From Octopus vulgaris (taxonomy: Eukaryota), in contig OX597823.1 in the NCBI GenBank assembly GCA_951406725.2, positions 68,696,001-68,760,000 on the forward strand: DNA of 64,000 nucleotides, in the 5' to 3' direction. This document shows positions 14,300 to 25,854 of this stretch, in pieces. Within the stretch, counting starts at the first letter, position 1; every line of letters starts with the position of its first letter. The position numbers and the translations under genes are program-made. The notes under the pieces were generated by a model. It searched no databases. It was not told the DNA's origin and saw nothing but the letters and a program-made list of their open reading frames with translations.

Positions 14300-14860
14300 T
14301 ATACCATGTTGCCTGTGTAATGAAAGATAATAGTGGAACTCTCCTCCTATCAACCACACCATCATACTTGTCATTTGATCTGTCCAGTACTCTACTTATT
14401 GCTATTCACTGTACTACTCCACCCATTTAATAAAGGATGCATTGGACCTGTGCATAGTCTACTGCAATCTTCATCAATCAAACTGTCTTTGTGAGCAAAG
14501 CAGCTATAACAGGATAGCATTACATCAGTATTTAATATGACCTATGATCATCCTTTCTTGTCTGCCGTTACTCTATGAAGCCATTGACATCCATCATACT
14601 CTCTTGCTATGACCAATCTCTGAGATCATTCATCATTCAATCACTTTCTCACACTAGCAAGCATGTAGCTACCATTACAGTCTCTCTTCTATTACTACTT
14701 CCTCTACCATTCTGTCACCTTAATCATAGGTTTTTCTGTTCATACTCTTCCTCCATTTATTCACTCACAATAACCCTTCTGTCATCATCTTATTTAAAAT
14801 TGCTGCATTAATAGTATAACAAGCAACAGAATGATTTTTTGTTGCCTTGAAATTGCTGTA
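14300..14860 (+). mobile_element. Possible very old Penelope-like relic
   Basis: Pyrimidine-rich; weak YYSHP..KGCI..S.L..L motif resembling the PLE RT thumb (SSHP..K..IPYSQ.LR). Confidence 0.3.
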
Positions 14861-15039
14861 CTTTCCACTCATTTCATATTTATAAAATGAACTGGTGCTT
14901 GTGCTGGCAAAATGAAATTAATTCTGATTTAAAATTCAAGATATTTTCCTTTTGAACAAAATGGCTAATTTTCCAGATAAGCAATTTTTCCATTGACTGC
15001 CAACTCTCACAAATTTAAGAAATTTTCAATTTAAATCTT

Positions 15040-16275
15040 GACAGAAGCGATTCTGTGAGAATGGTTTGGTGTTGTTGAGCTGCAGGTTGGTGTCAGTAAG
15101 GGAGTTTGGGTCGATGATGGTGTTGCAGCTTTGTACTTGGTGATGGTATGCATTAGGGTTGTGGTGGTGTTGCTTGTGATAGAGCCAAAAGAATTTCAGT
15201 AAGATGAACCAACACATTAGTTTCACCACTGAACATCCAAACAGCAATGGTTCCATCTCCTTGCTTGATTTTTGTTTAAACATCAAGGATGAGTGGTAAA
15301 TTGACACAATGTCCTAACGAAAATCAGCTTGCTGGGATTTTTCATCTGTTACAAATCAACCCTTCCCTTTGGGGCTAAGAAAAGCTACATACATAACAAG
15401 ATCGCCCAGATACACAAGAGATGTAGTGACAACACCAGCCAGGACACACATGCTGTTCAGTTCTTAAAGGTACTTGAGACCAACGGATACCTGACATCTG
15501 TTGTTAACTCCAAATGCAAGCACAAGCCAAATAAACTTGGCTAAAGGGATCTCTCTAAGACCTGCTTCTTGAAGGTTCCCCACTTTAACGAGAGGATCAC
15601 CTCTGCCATTTACAAAGCTATCTACAGGGATACAAAGCTATCCTACTGCCTATATGACACCTCTCAATGAGGTGGTCACATACAGAACAACATCCCTGCA
15701 CACTGGTGAACTGCCCTATTTGCAAGACAAACATGTGCAACGGTATATATGTAGTATACCAGTTATGATGTTCCAAATGCAGACCACTCCATGTCCAAAT
15801 GAAGGAGCATGTCACTACCAATGTATCTTCCTTCTACAAACACTTAAACAAATGCGGCAATACCACTAAAGAGATAGACACTTCCATACTAGTCTCAGGG
15901 AGGAACACAGGAAATTTTCATATCATGAAAGCTATATTAATTCACTGTCTCAACGCCGAAAGCAATAGCTGATCAGAGATGAGTTGGTAGCTCCTATGAA
16001 TACATTATGGCAATTATGACCAATATCATAACATATGTCACCCCCACCACCACCACCACCAACACATGAAAATACATCACAACCAACAGTTGGGGAGTTG
16101 CTACTGCTGTTAATCCAAATGCTAAGCAGTTTAAAATGAAATAACAAAATTGATGTAAATACATTTCTTGGACTGCTTCCATCTGAAGATAGGCCTTCAC
16201 ACTTGAATTATAAAGGTTTTAGTATAACCTTCTGCATTGTTAGAAGCTTTCTTCATTTCCTATTTCTTTTCTACT
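15040..16275 (+). mobile_element. 5'-truncated Penelope-like retroelement (RT C-terminus, GIY-YIG endonuclease, pseudo-LTR), possibly with an inverted 5' segment at 15040-15180
   Basis: Broken + frames give NQHISFTTEHPNSNGSISLLDF, YKSTLPFGAKKSYIHNKIAQIHKRCSD..LETNGY, VPHFNERITSAI and CPICKTNMCNGIYVVYQL*CSKC, all typical PLE motifs. Ends with a hammerhead-like box at 16183. Confidence 0.8.
16183..16212 (+). ncRNA. Decayed hammerhead motif in the PLE pseudo-LTR
   Basis: CTGAAGA-TAGGCCTTCACACTT-GAAT-TATA, homologous to 6719-6748; GAAA box mutated. Confidence 0.45.
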
Positions 16276-16276
16276 C

Positions 16277-16277
<1 letters not shown>

Positions 16278-16307
<30 letters not shown>

Positions 16308-16385
16308 TGTATGTATGTATGTATGTATGTATGTATGTATGTGAGTATGTATGTATGTGTGTGTATGTATGTATGGTATGCATGC
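16278..16385. repeat. (TATG)n microsatellite
   Basis: Directly visible. Confidence 0.95.
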
Positions 16386-16599
16386 ATATAATCAAACAGT
16401 AAATGTATGACTGGTTAGGGTAATAGAGCATCTTGATGGAAAGTACAATTTTAAAATAAGAGCTCGTGTAATGAGATAATAGCTCGTGTAATTAGATTTT
16501 CATGAATAATGGAAATCGTTTTATTGAATATATATATCCAATTGACACTAGAAAAAAGCTCCATTCATATGTTTTACAGTAAGCAATGTTAAACTTGGT

Positions 16600-16931
16600 C
16601 ATTTTTTTGTCTTGCCAAATAAACACATGCACTATATATTTGTTCTTGCTCATTTATTATTGTTCTTATTTTATCTTATATCCATTGTCTGGAAATTTTT
16701 CATCACACATCTGTGTCTTCTTCAGTGACTCATCCATCCCACATGTCACCTATTCTGTTTAGTCCATTCTCATAAAATAAAAACAATAATAAATAAATGA
16801 AGAATGAACATATAGTGCATGTGATTATTTGGCAACAAAAAAAAAACAAAATGACCATTCCAAAATATATTAATATCCGTTTCAACACATGATTTCACAT
16901 CAGGAATCTTGCAAAAGAAATTCATAAATAT
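16600..16931. mobile_element. PLE-type inverted pseudo-LTR insertion flanked by a 15 bp target-site duplication
   Basis: AATGTTAAACTTGGT at 16585-16599 and 16932-16946; ~70 bp inverted arms at 16597-16666 and ~16782-16856; hammerhead motif between the arms; unpaired tail 16857-16931. Confidence 0.75.
16692..16728 (-). ncRNA. Minimal hammerhead ribozyme motif
   Basis: Minus strand CTGAAGA-AGACACA-GATG-TGTGAT-GAAA-AATTTC: both core boxes, CACA/TGTG stem II, palindromic AAATTT stem III, UUC triplet. Confidence 0.6.
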
Positions 16932-18409
16932 AATGTTAAACTTGGTTATTTCTGAAATGGCCCAACATTTAACTTTTGAATAATTTCATGTGAATATCCA
17001 TTTATTTTTGCCAGGTTAAAAAATCTCTGTAAATAATTTATCACTTGTAGTATTACAGTCATATAAACCTTGAAATAAATAAATTACTTTATTACAAGTA
17101 ATATGCGACTTAGGTGAAAATAGAATTTAACTGATGATTAAAGCAGATGGTAAGTATCAAGTGTGAAGTCAGAAACAAGGGATGGATAATTTATTGACTT
17201 TGCTGAGAAATATGCAGAATAGTAGACTGTTGCAAAACTGATCAAAATACACCTAGCAAGAAACTAAAAATAAATTGTACTTAGAAATGATAAAAGATTT
17301 GATTCTTCTGATGGAAGTATTCAGAGGAAATGCAGTAAAATCACAATTCAATATATTTCTTCACTCATGCAGAAGTAATGTTTTCATAATAATTTGCTTA
17401 TTTTAGTTGTAAGAACTTTTACTTAACATTTTCAAGATGCTCTTGTAATAGATCAACTGAGAAGAGTTCAAAGAAACAAATAAACAATGCATGATCAAGA
17501 CACAATAAAAAAGTGATAAATGCTATGATTTAGGTCATAATGTCAGCAATAGCAGAAGGGCTTCTTCAGTAACACAGTAAAGTTAAGAGAAATTTTAGTT
17601 TAAAAAACAACAGAAATGATTGAAAGATAATCAGAAACATTAGGTGTAGAAATGATGCTTTACAGCTATTTTCAAATATAGGAATTATTTTCAGTGCCAA
17701 CGGGAAAATTTTAGGAAGAAAACTAAAAGGATGAGCCACAGAATCAATGTTAAGAATATGTTCCAGATTTAAGAAAAATCACTGGCAGTTAATTATCTAC
17801 TGTTCTAAATATACTGTAGACTTGAATGTGGAAAAAAATAAAACCAGAAAGACTAACCATAATATTTTCTCTAATGTTTTTTATAATTTGATGTGAGTTT
17901 TTGCATTGAAACTGGGGTGTAACTCTATGTACAATATCGTTAAATTTACATACTAAAGTGTTTGGTTTTTCCTGAGTTTATTTATTTTTTGTTTTATCAA
18001 TTTCCTTCGCATATAAAATTTACATCTCGTATTATCAATCAACCATGTATTTGTTGTATTCTGGACTGGCTACTAAATTCTGATGTCACAAAAGTACTTT
18101 TTATATAGGAAAAGGGGAAAGGGAAAATGTTTCATTTTATTTTTATAAGAATAAGCTAGCAGTACCCATGAACATCCCACAATTATTTTGAAAACTTATA
18201 AGATAACTGGAAATTTATTAAGAGCCATGAAGTATGCAATTGTTTTTGAAGTTGTATCTTGTTTGAAACATTTGATTATTTAGATGATATAACAGTCCAT
18301 ATAGGTAGTATTAAATGTGCAGTCTTATGAAATACAATTTCTGGAAGCTATATTCCTTCTTATGCATTTTGGAATTTCTGGAAGCTACATTCCTTCTTAT
18401 GCATGATGA

Positions 18410-18509
18410 TATTGTGTGTGTATGTGTGCATGTGTGTGTGTGTGTGTGTGTAAACTGTAAACATATATATATTATGCACACCTTTGATGCACACATACAA
18501 TCTATCTAT

Positions 18510-18572
<63 letters not shown>

Positions 18573-18640
18573 ACCATACATGCACACATACATACACACA
18601 CACATATATAATTCTAGGTGTGTGAATGTGTGTGTGTTTG
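18410..18640. repeat. (TG)n / (CTAT)n / (CA)n compound microsatellite
   Basis: Directly visible. Confidence 0.9.
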
Positions 18641-18924
18641 TGATACTTAACACCAGTTATGCTGCTGATGCACTACAAATAAACATTGATAAAACGTGTT
18701 CCAAATTTAAAAATAATTATGCCTAACTTAATCTTGAAAGTAGTGATCCAGCATGGCCACAGTCCAATGACTAGCAAAAGAATGTATAGAAGGATATATA
18801 CCGTATTTAATTCATTTATTTATATTATTATAATTGCAACAATTACCTAATGATATTTACAAATATATTTTACACAACTGCATCTTAATTTGTATCGCTG
18901 AGTCTCATTCAGTTTTTACATACA

Positions 18925-19171
18925 TGACACACATACACACACACACGCACACAAACACACACACACGCACACAAACACACACACACAGATGCATGCACCC
19001 ACACACATACACACTCATACACAGATGCACCCTCCACACAGACTCACACACACAGATGTATGCACACACAGACAGATGCATGCACATGCATACACACACA
19101 CACACACACACACATACATACATACATACATACATACATACATACATACATACATACATACACACACACAC

Positions 19172-19202
<31 letters not shown>

Positions 19203-19220
19203 CACACACACACATACTGA
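18925..19220. repeat. (CA)n / (CATA)n / (TA)n compound microsatellite
   Basis: Directly visible; source of several spurious His/Thr- and Cys/Val-rich ORFs. Confidence 0.95.
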
Positions 19221-19674
19221 CATACATGTATACAGAAGATCTAAGTATTTTATCTACATTTGCAGCAAAATAATACTTTCAACTCAAAATATACTTCTAA
19301 AGCACTTGCAACAGCAATGGTGAGTGTGATAGACTGAGGAGTATAAGAGAAGAAATGACTAAAGACATTGTGATGTTACAAACTTTGTTACAGCTTGATA
19401 CTTTTCTTCTCTCCCTTCTTCCCTTCTTCAAAGTCTTTAAATCTTCATATCACTTTCACCAACTTTCTTTTGTATGGCTACTTTAACTCCTACTCTTACT
19501 CCAGCACTTGTTCTCTATTTCCATCACTGTCTTTTCTCCTCACCTCTCTCTCTCTCTTTCTCTCTCTATTTAGGTATCTTTTTCACCGTTATTAACACCA
19601 ATGTCACTACTGGAGCCTCTGCCAGCACTGTAACTACCTCCACACTTCTCTATCAAGCTACAACTGAGAAATTT

Positions 19675-20335
19675 ATGCTGCATGGCAGTAAGACATAGGC
19701 TATGACTACTGAGGGTATGTGAGGGCTTGAAAAAAATGGAGCCAGTATGCTTTACTGGATGGGTAATATCAGTGTCCATATACAACAGAGTGCAAGTGAT
19801 TTGAGAAAAACCTGGGTATACAAGGCATCAGATGTAGTGTGCAAGAGAGAAGACTGAACTGATTTGGTCATGTAATGTATGTGAATGAAGAGAGTTGCAT
19901 CAAGAAGTGCTAATCTCTAATTGTGGAGGAAATATGTGGAAAGGGTAACCCAGGAAGATGTGAGACAAAGTGGTGAGAAAAGATCTTTAGATATTGAGCC
20001 TCACAGAGGACTGACACTCTTGGTAGTTTGCTGTGCTTGAGAAGAAATGTCAAGCAAAGAAAAAGTATGGTTGTCTTTGCATACAGGCATGTACGCTGCA
20101 TCCCTCTTGAGCTGAGCATTCTTAATCTTGCACTCACCCAGTGCTGTGTAAAAGCATCCAGTACACTCTAAAGTGGTTGGCATTTGGAAGGGCATCCAGC
20201 CATAGAAACCATTCTAAAACAGACATGAAGCCTGGGCAGCTCTTCAGCTGGCCACCTCCTGTCAAACCATCCAACTCATACCAGCATGGAAAACAGACAT
20301 TAAATGATTATGATGATGATAATGATTATGATGAC
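19675..20335 (+). mobile_element. Degenerate RTE LINE 3' end (ORF C-terminus, 3' UTR, (GAT)n tail)
   Basis: MLHGSKT*AMTTE..LEKNGASML.WMGNISVH..CSVQERRL, homologous to 41073-41490, followed by the tail. Confidence 0.85.
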
Positions 20336-20404
20336 TTACCCTAGCATTACACAAACGGTATATTGAAATGTACTATTATATTAATATATATAAAGCAGAT
20401 GGAC

Positions 20405-20620
20405 AAAGTGGTGAGTTGGCAGAATCATTAGCATGCTGGGCAAAATGCTAAGCTGTTTTGCATTCATCTTTATGTTCTGAATTCAAATTCCTTCAAGGTC
20501 AATTTGCTTTACAACCTTTCAGGGTTAATAGAATAAGTACCAGTTGAGTACTGGGGTCAATTTACTCGACTTACTTCCTCCCTCAAAATTACTACCCTTG
20601 TGTGAAAATTTGAAACCAAT
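20405..20620 (+). mobile_element. SINE type B (older copy)
   Basis: gtggtgagttggcagaatcattagcatgctggg...gttctgaattcaaattc...aataagtaccagttgagtactggggtc. Confidence 0.8.
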
Positions 20621-21724
20621 ATATAGAGAATGGTTTTACAAATACATTTAGCTATAATCACGTGTATCCAAATGGTAAATATCATTAACATTTTTAAAAC
20701 TTATATTCATAGCATTTAATTCATATATTTGGCCAAGCCTTTGTATTTTCAGCTATTTATTGCATAACTTCAGTGAAATATTGTACAAAGAACACAAAAA
20801 TGAATTTTACATTATAAAAGTATATCTAGGAAACATATTAATGTCCTTTTTGCAAACTTTTCATAAAGTTTATTAATTTTGAATCCATGAAGCTAAAACT
20901 ATACTAATACAATATAAAAATCTGTGTATTGTTATCAGTGTAATTAACAGATATAATTTGCAAGCAACAATTGGTTAATGATTAGAGAAGAAACAAAAGA
21001 AAATTATCATTTTAATGTTCTTCATTAAATCTTTCTCTAAATATATGATAAATATATGATGAAAATCTCTGTCTTTTTACAATCATAACACTCAATAATT
21101 GGAAATTTTGAAACCATTTTTCAAGCTGCTTATTTTGGAATACTAAGCTTTAAAAGATTTGTTTTTAATTCTATGATTATCTATTTGCAAAGTAAATATT
21201 TTTCTTGCTTGGTGAATCATGATAGAAAATGATAACATTAATAAAAAATATATATAAAACCAATCAAAGAATATAATCCATATATAGAAAAAGAATATTT
21301 TGTTCTGCTGAAGCCTTGTAATACAAAATTCATTTTATTTTTAATAAAGAAAAAATAAAAAGATAAGCTTCCATTGGTTTTTCCTTGTTACTGGCATGAT
21401 TCCCACAAATTGAAGTTTTGAAATAAACCATTAGAATCTAATTTCTGAATCATTTTGTTTATAAACACCAAGTTTTAACATTTTCACGTTTACAATGATT
21501 TGTAAATAGACCATTCAAGTACTTCAACAATATATTTTGAGCAAGAATCTACCTCCAGCCCCAAACAAGAGAGAATGAAACCATAGAGAGAAAATCTACC
21601 TGACAAGCAACCAATTCTCTCTCAAATTGCATGCTACTATTTTAAAAGAGGGAAGATATCATAGTTAATGTGGTCATGGATGCATAATGCCTGAAAATCG
21701 ATGAGATAGTTCAGTCAGGGCAGA

Positions 21725-21960
21725 TCATCATCATCCTTGTTTTAACATCCACTTTTCTGTGTTTGCATGGATCAGGTGGAATTTATTATGGTAGATTTTC
21801 TACAGCTGGATGCCTTTCTCTCACCAACCCATACTTGTTTCCATGTAGAGTAATACTTTCCCTTGGCCAGACATGGTTTTCATGGACGATTGGAAAGGAA
21901 TGGTATTGCTTGTATGAGGATGAGGATGATGTTAACAACCATTACGCAATATCAAGACTA
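21725..21960 (-). mobile_element. Repeat sharing the RTE 3' tail (short non-autonomous derivative)
   Basis: catcatcatc...tttaacatccacttttc...gattttctacagctggatgcc; similar copies at ~38970-39150 and ~47110-47330. Confidence 0.65.
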
Positions 21961-22019
21961 GGGGACCCAAACACACATCCATACATACACACATCCCTCA
22001 CATATATATATACATATAC

Positions 22020-22235
22020 ACATGATAGGCTTCTTTCAGTCTCTATATACCAAATACACTTACAAGACTTTAGTCAGTCTAGGGCAACAGTAGAAGACGT
22101 TTACCCAAGGTGTCATGCAGTGAGACTGAACTCTAAGCCACAGGGCTAGGAAGCAAGCTTCTTAACCACACAACCATATCTACACCTAGCCACATGGCTA
22201 TGCTTGCACCTATCCACACAGCCTTGCCTGCACCA
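22020..22235 (-). mobile_element. SINE type A 5' half
   Basis: ggcttctttcagt...gtagaagac...cccaaggtgtcatgcagtgagactgaac...ggaagcaagcttcttaaccacacaaccat. Confidence 0.8.
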
Positions 22236-23941
22236 ATTCAAAAAATAATTAATGCCATATCTGACCCCTATCTCTTAAAAGAACCCCTTAAAACACTACG
22301 AAGGTTGTACAATGTTGCTGTCTGGTTGACATTTTGCCTAGAATCTTGGCAATGATTTCTGACTATTAAGTGAACTGAGTTAATGTAAATTGTCTTGCTA
22401 AGAATTACTCTAAAATAATGTTTGAGGCAGGCTCAACCATGGAACTAGTAATAAAGTATTTTGTTCTGTCAGTTATTTTACCTGTACATGCTATTGCTAT
22501 TCATTCTTCCAATGAATTTAGGTCTTGAATACATCCACACAATACAATGATCAGCTCTTTATTTACAACTGTAGTTCATGATAAAGTTTTATTGAAAGGT
22601 GATGTCTAAACTCAAGCTTCACTGTAGAATTAGTAGAAATGTTCATGTGCTAGGGGAAGAAGAGGAATATAATGTTCTGGGACAGTCCCTTCATTTAATG
22701 GGGGAAATTGAAATGTTCTCAAATGAAAAAATTATCCTGAAATGTCTGATGATTTTCTTCTTCCCATAGAATAAAACTTACCAAAGTTCATAAACATTAC
22801 TGCAAAATTTTTGCCAATGCAGATCATCATCAGTCTCACCAGACACTGTTTACTACTAATGCTATAATTCTTGACAATTTGTGTCTTTTATGTATTATGT
22901 ACTAGAAAATTTTATATTTTCAAGTGTTGAGAAAGTATTAACAAATGTGCATGAAAGTAGGAAAGACATCTATGAGAAGTGACATATGGAAGATGCAAGA
23001 AGATGGAAGGTATTATAAGCTAATGCTGGAACAAAGTTGGACAAGGAAAACTAAAGAAAGATCTAAGATGAAAATCCTATATAAGAACTTGCGTGTTTGA
23101 CCTCCTAGATAAATGGTGTGAGAGAAACTGATTGCTTAAGTGTGAGAAAATCAATCTGAGCTGATGAAATAATTTCTGATAAAAAATGTATAATCGTAAT
23201 AGGTTTTTAACAAAATAATAAAGATTATAGTGGTTTTCCTTATAAATACTGATATTTCATAACAGAATTTGATTTACATGTTCTTTTCATAAGCAAAGAT
23301 TTCATATAGGAATCTAAGTGAAACTATTCAGTGGTAAGAGGGGCGATATTTAATCAAAAATACAAGTTGTTATTAAATGAAACTATTTAAGATGGTGAAG
23401 TAGAAGAAATGATAGAGTTTGGCACAAAATATTTTGTAGTATTTTGTTGTCACTTACAATTTGTATCACAAATTGTACTAGAGCAGAATTTGCTTTTGCT
23501 TTCAACCTCAGGGGTTGTGAATATCAGTACAATTGGCACTGCTGTCCTCAGCACTTTCTCCATAGAGGTGTGGTTTTCTGATAATGTAAGAATTATTTCA
23601 TGTTATTTAAATCATGTTACTGAAGAAGCAAGTCATTATCACTTAGAATAAAAATTCTAAGATATCAACAAAGAATTTATTTCTCATTGTCTTTTGCCAA
23701 AGATGAAAAGGGTACTAACCAATTTCAAGAAGAAGAAAGTCCGTAAAAGTAAGAAAATTTAAAACTTAAAAGGGTGAGAATGATGACCAATAATGTGAGG
23801 AAGAGAGAAATTACAAATTGAGCAAAGAACCAGTAAATAAATATCAGGCATATGTTGAGTACATTGTTGTCACATTAAAAAACTATTTTTGGTAAATTTT
23901 GCTGATAATCTGGTTTGATAAAACAGAATAATACATTTAAA

Positions 23942-24258
23942 GAAGGTTGTTGTGTAAGGCCAGATAATGCAAGAAGCTAAAAAGTAAACTACAAAAGGAA
24001 AAGAAGAGAAAACAGAACAAAGTTGCAGTTTTACATTGTATTTCTATATTTCAGGGTCACCTTCTTCCCCTACCTCTCCCACATCTGAGCAACGACTTTT
24101 TCCAACTACTGCTTTTTCCAAATGTCCTGAAGAAGTGGCCTTCACCCCAAAATATAGAAATACAAGGCAAAACTGCAACTTTTCTTTCCTTTTCTTATCC
24201 TTTTGTAGTTTATTTTGTGCCTTCTTGCCTTCTTTAAGGTTATACCTCACAATACTTC
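23942..24258. mobile_element. PLE-type inverted pseudo-LTR unit with hammerhead relic
   Basis: ~115 bp inverted arms (23942-24057 vs 24145-24258); CTGAAGA-AGTGGCCTTCACCC-CAAAA-TATA at 24127-24156. Confidence 0.7.
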
Positions 24259-25854
24259 ACCAAAACTACCTCAGAAAAAAAAAAGCTGCAGATGGAAATC
24301 CTCAGATATTATATAAATCAAAATAAACAAACTCATACCTACTTATAATGGTTAGTGAAATCAGGGGTCAAGCAAATGTCTTCAGAAAGACTATAAATGG
24401 GCTTTGCTTGAAACATCTGTTATCTGTTTCAAGGAGAACTTTGCAGGAAGAATCAGGACTCAAATCTCACTATGTTATAGAAACTTGCAAACATAAACAA
24501 GAGACCTGGTGTTTATTTTATCCTTTATTTGCCGAGAAGATGAGTTACAGCTTATGATGGAAATTAGTTATATACATAAATAGAAATAGAGCCTAAATTT
24601 TAATGAGATTAGATTAATGTATCTGAAAGTCTTCACTTTGAAATACATGTAATGTCTAAAAGGAGAATATAAGCTTGATATAAAACTATTCACTCATCTA
24701 TAACTTTATCATAAACCATTATCATTATTAAATCAGAAACCATATATGATGAACAAGTAAAACTGGTTGTTTTGTTAACCCAATAGCATCATTCAGGATC
24801 TTGTCCCTTTTCAAGTAATGTCACTAAAAGTTATCAAATTTATCTTTTTATTTACAGCTTATATTATTGTAATAGCACAAATCATACCTATATGAACTAG
24901 GTTAAATAAAAATTTGATTTAACCATAATGTAGTGCCTTTTCATATCCCAAATCAATAACTTGCTTTGTTTTGATTTCTAATAAATCAAGATTGCAGGGG
25001 AAATTTAATTTTAATTTACCCTATTCTATGTATTTTCCATTCTTGGCATAAAAGGACACAAAGAAGTGAAAATGAAGTATACAGAAAATCATTTTTTCAT
25101 ACACATATTTCAATATGTATGTTTACATAAATAAATAATTCTTCACCAAGGATTAAAGTATAGACCATGAAGAATAATAGAAAATGTTTTGATTAATTTA
25201 TTATTGAGCTGCCAAGAAAATGATGTTTTCCTGATATGCATTCTCAATGAAAACAATTAAATCGAATATATTTTCCATCATATTTCAGAGAAAATGTTGG
25301 TATTTATGACTAAAATACAGCCAGAATACAATTATATACAGTCATTATGAAGTTGTGCCATTAATGAAAAATGACAGTTGAGTATTTGGAGAGAGCAGTT
25401 CAGTTAATTGTAGTTCAGAGGCTTGAGAATACACACACGACACACTACACATGTGTTTGTGAGTGTGTATATGTTTATGTGTACATATATATCTTTCAAT
25501 GTTTGTATGACTGAGATGTGGTAGTTTTTCTTTTGCAGGTAGTTTTGCAATTTTTACAATTCCATGATGCTGTTAACTTCATCTCTGAACAGTGATACAG
25601 AAGTGTAATCTGGAGTGTCAGTCATGCAAAGTAGTGTAAGTAAAGAGTTATGATATTGCCCTTGTGCACAACAAAAGATAGAGTAATATGGCACTGGTCA
25701 TTAACCAACTGTCTTATCCTCACAGGAATATAGATGAATATGCATCAGTAGTAACAGATGCACATCACTAAATAGCACATATGGGGTTGACTTCTGGTAA
25801 CTGCAATTTTCTTTTGTTTGTAGTTCCCTAAAGAGAACTACAACAAAAGAACAT

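Noticed and set aside
18834-19323. His/Thr/Tyr- and Cys/Val/Met-rich ORFs here and at 16.2, 33.2, 34.3, 39.7, 42.0, 48.7 and 63.3 kb
   Set aside because: Translations of microsatellites.
22400-22900. Possible L1/Tx1 RT relic on the minus strand (also 58100-58450)
   Set aside because: Motif similarity too weak to call by eye.
24036-24326. Apparent exon (tttcag|GGTCACC..., SPSSPTSPTS)
   Set aside because: The acceptor-like site lies in the inverted arm of the hammerhead-bearing repeat, and there is no convincing donor.
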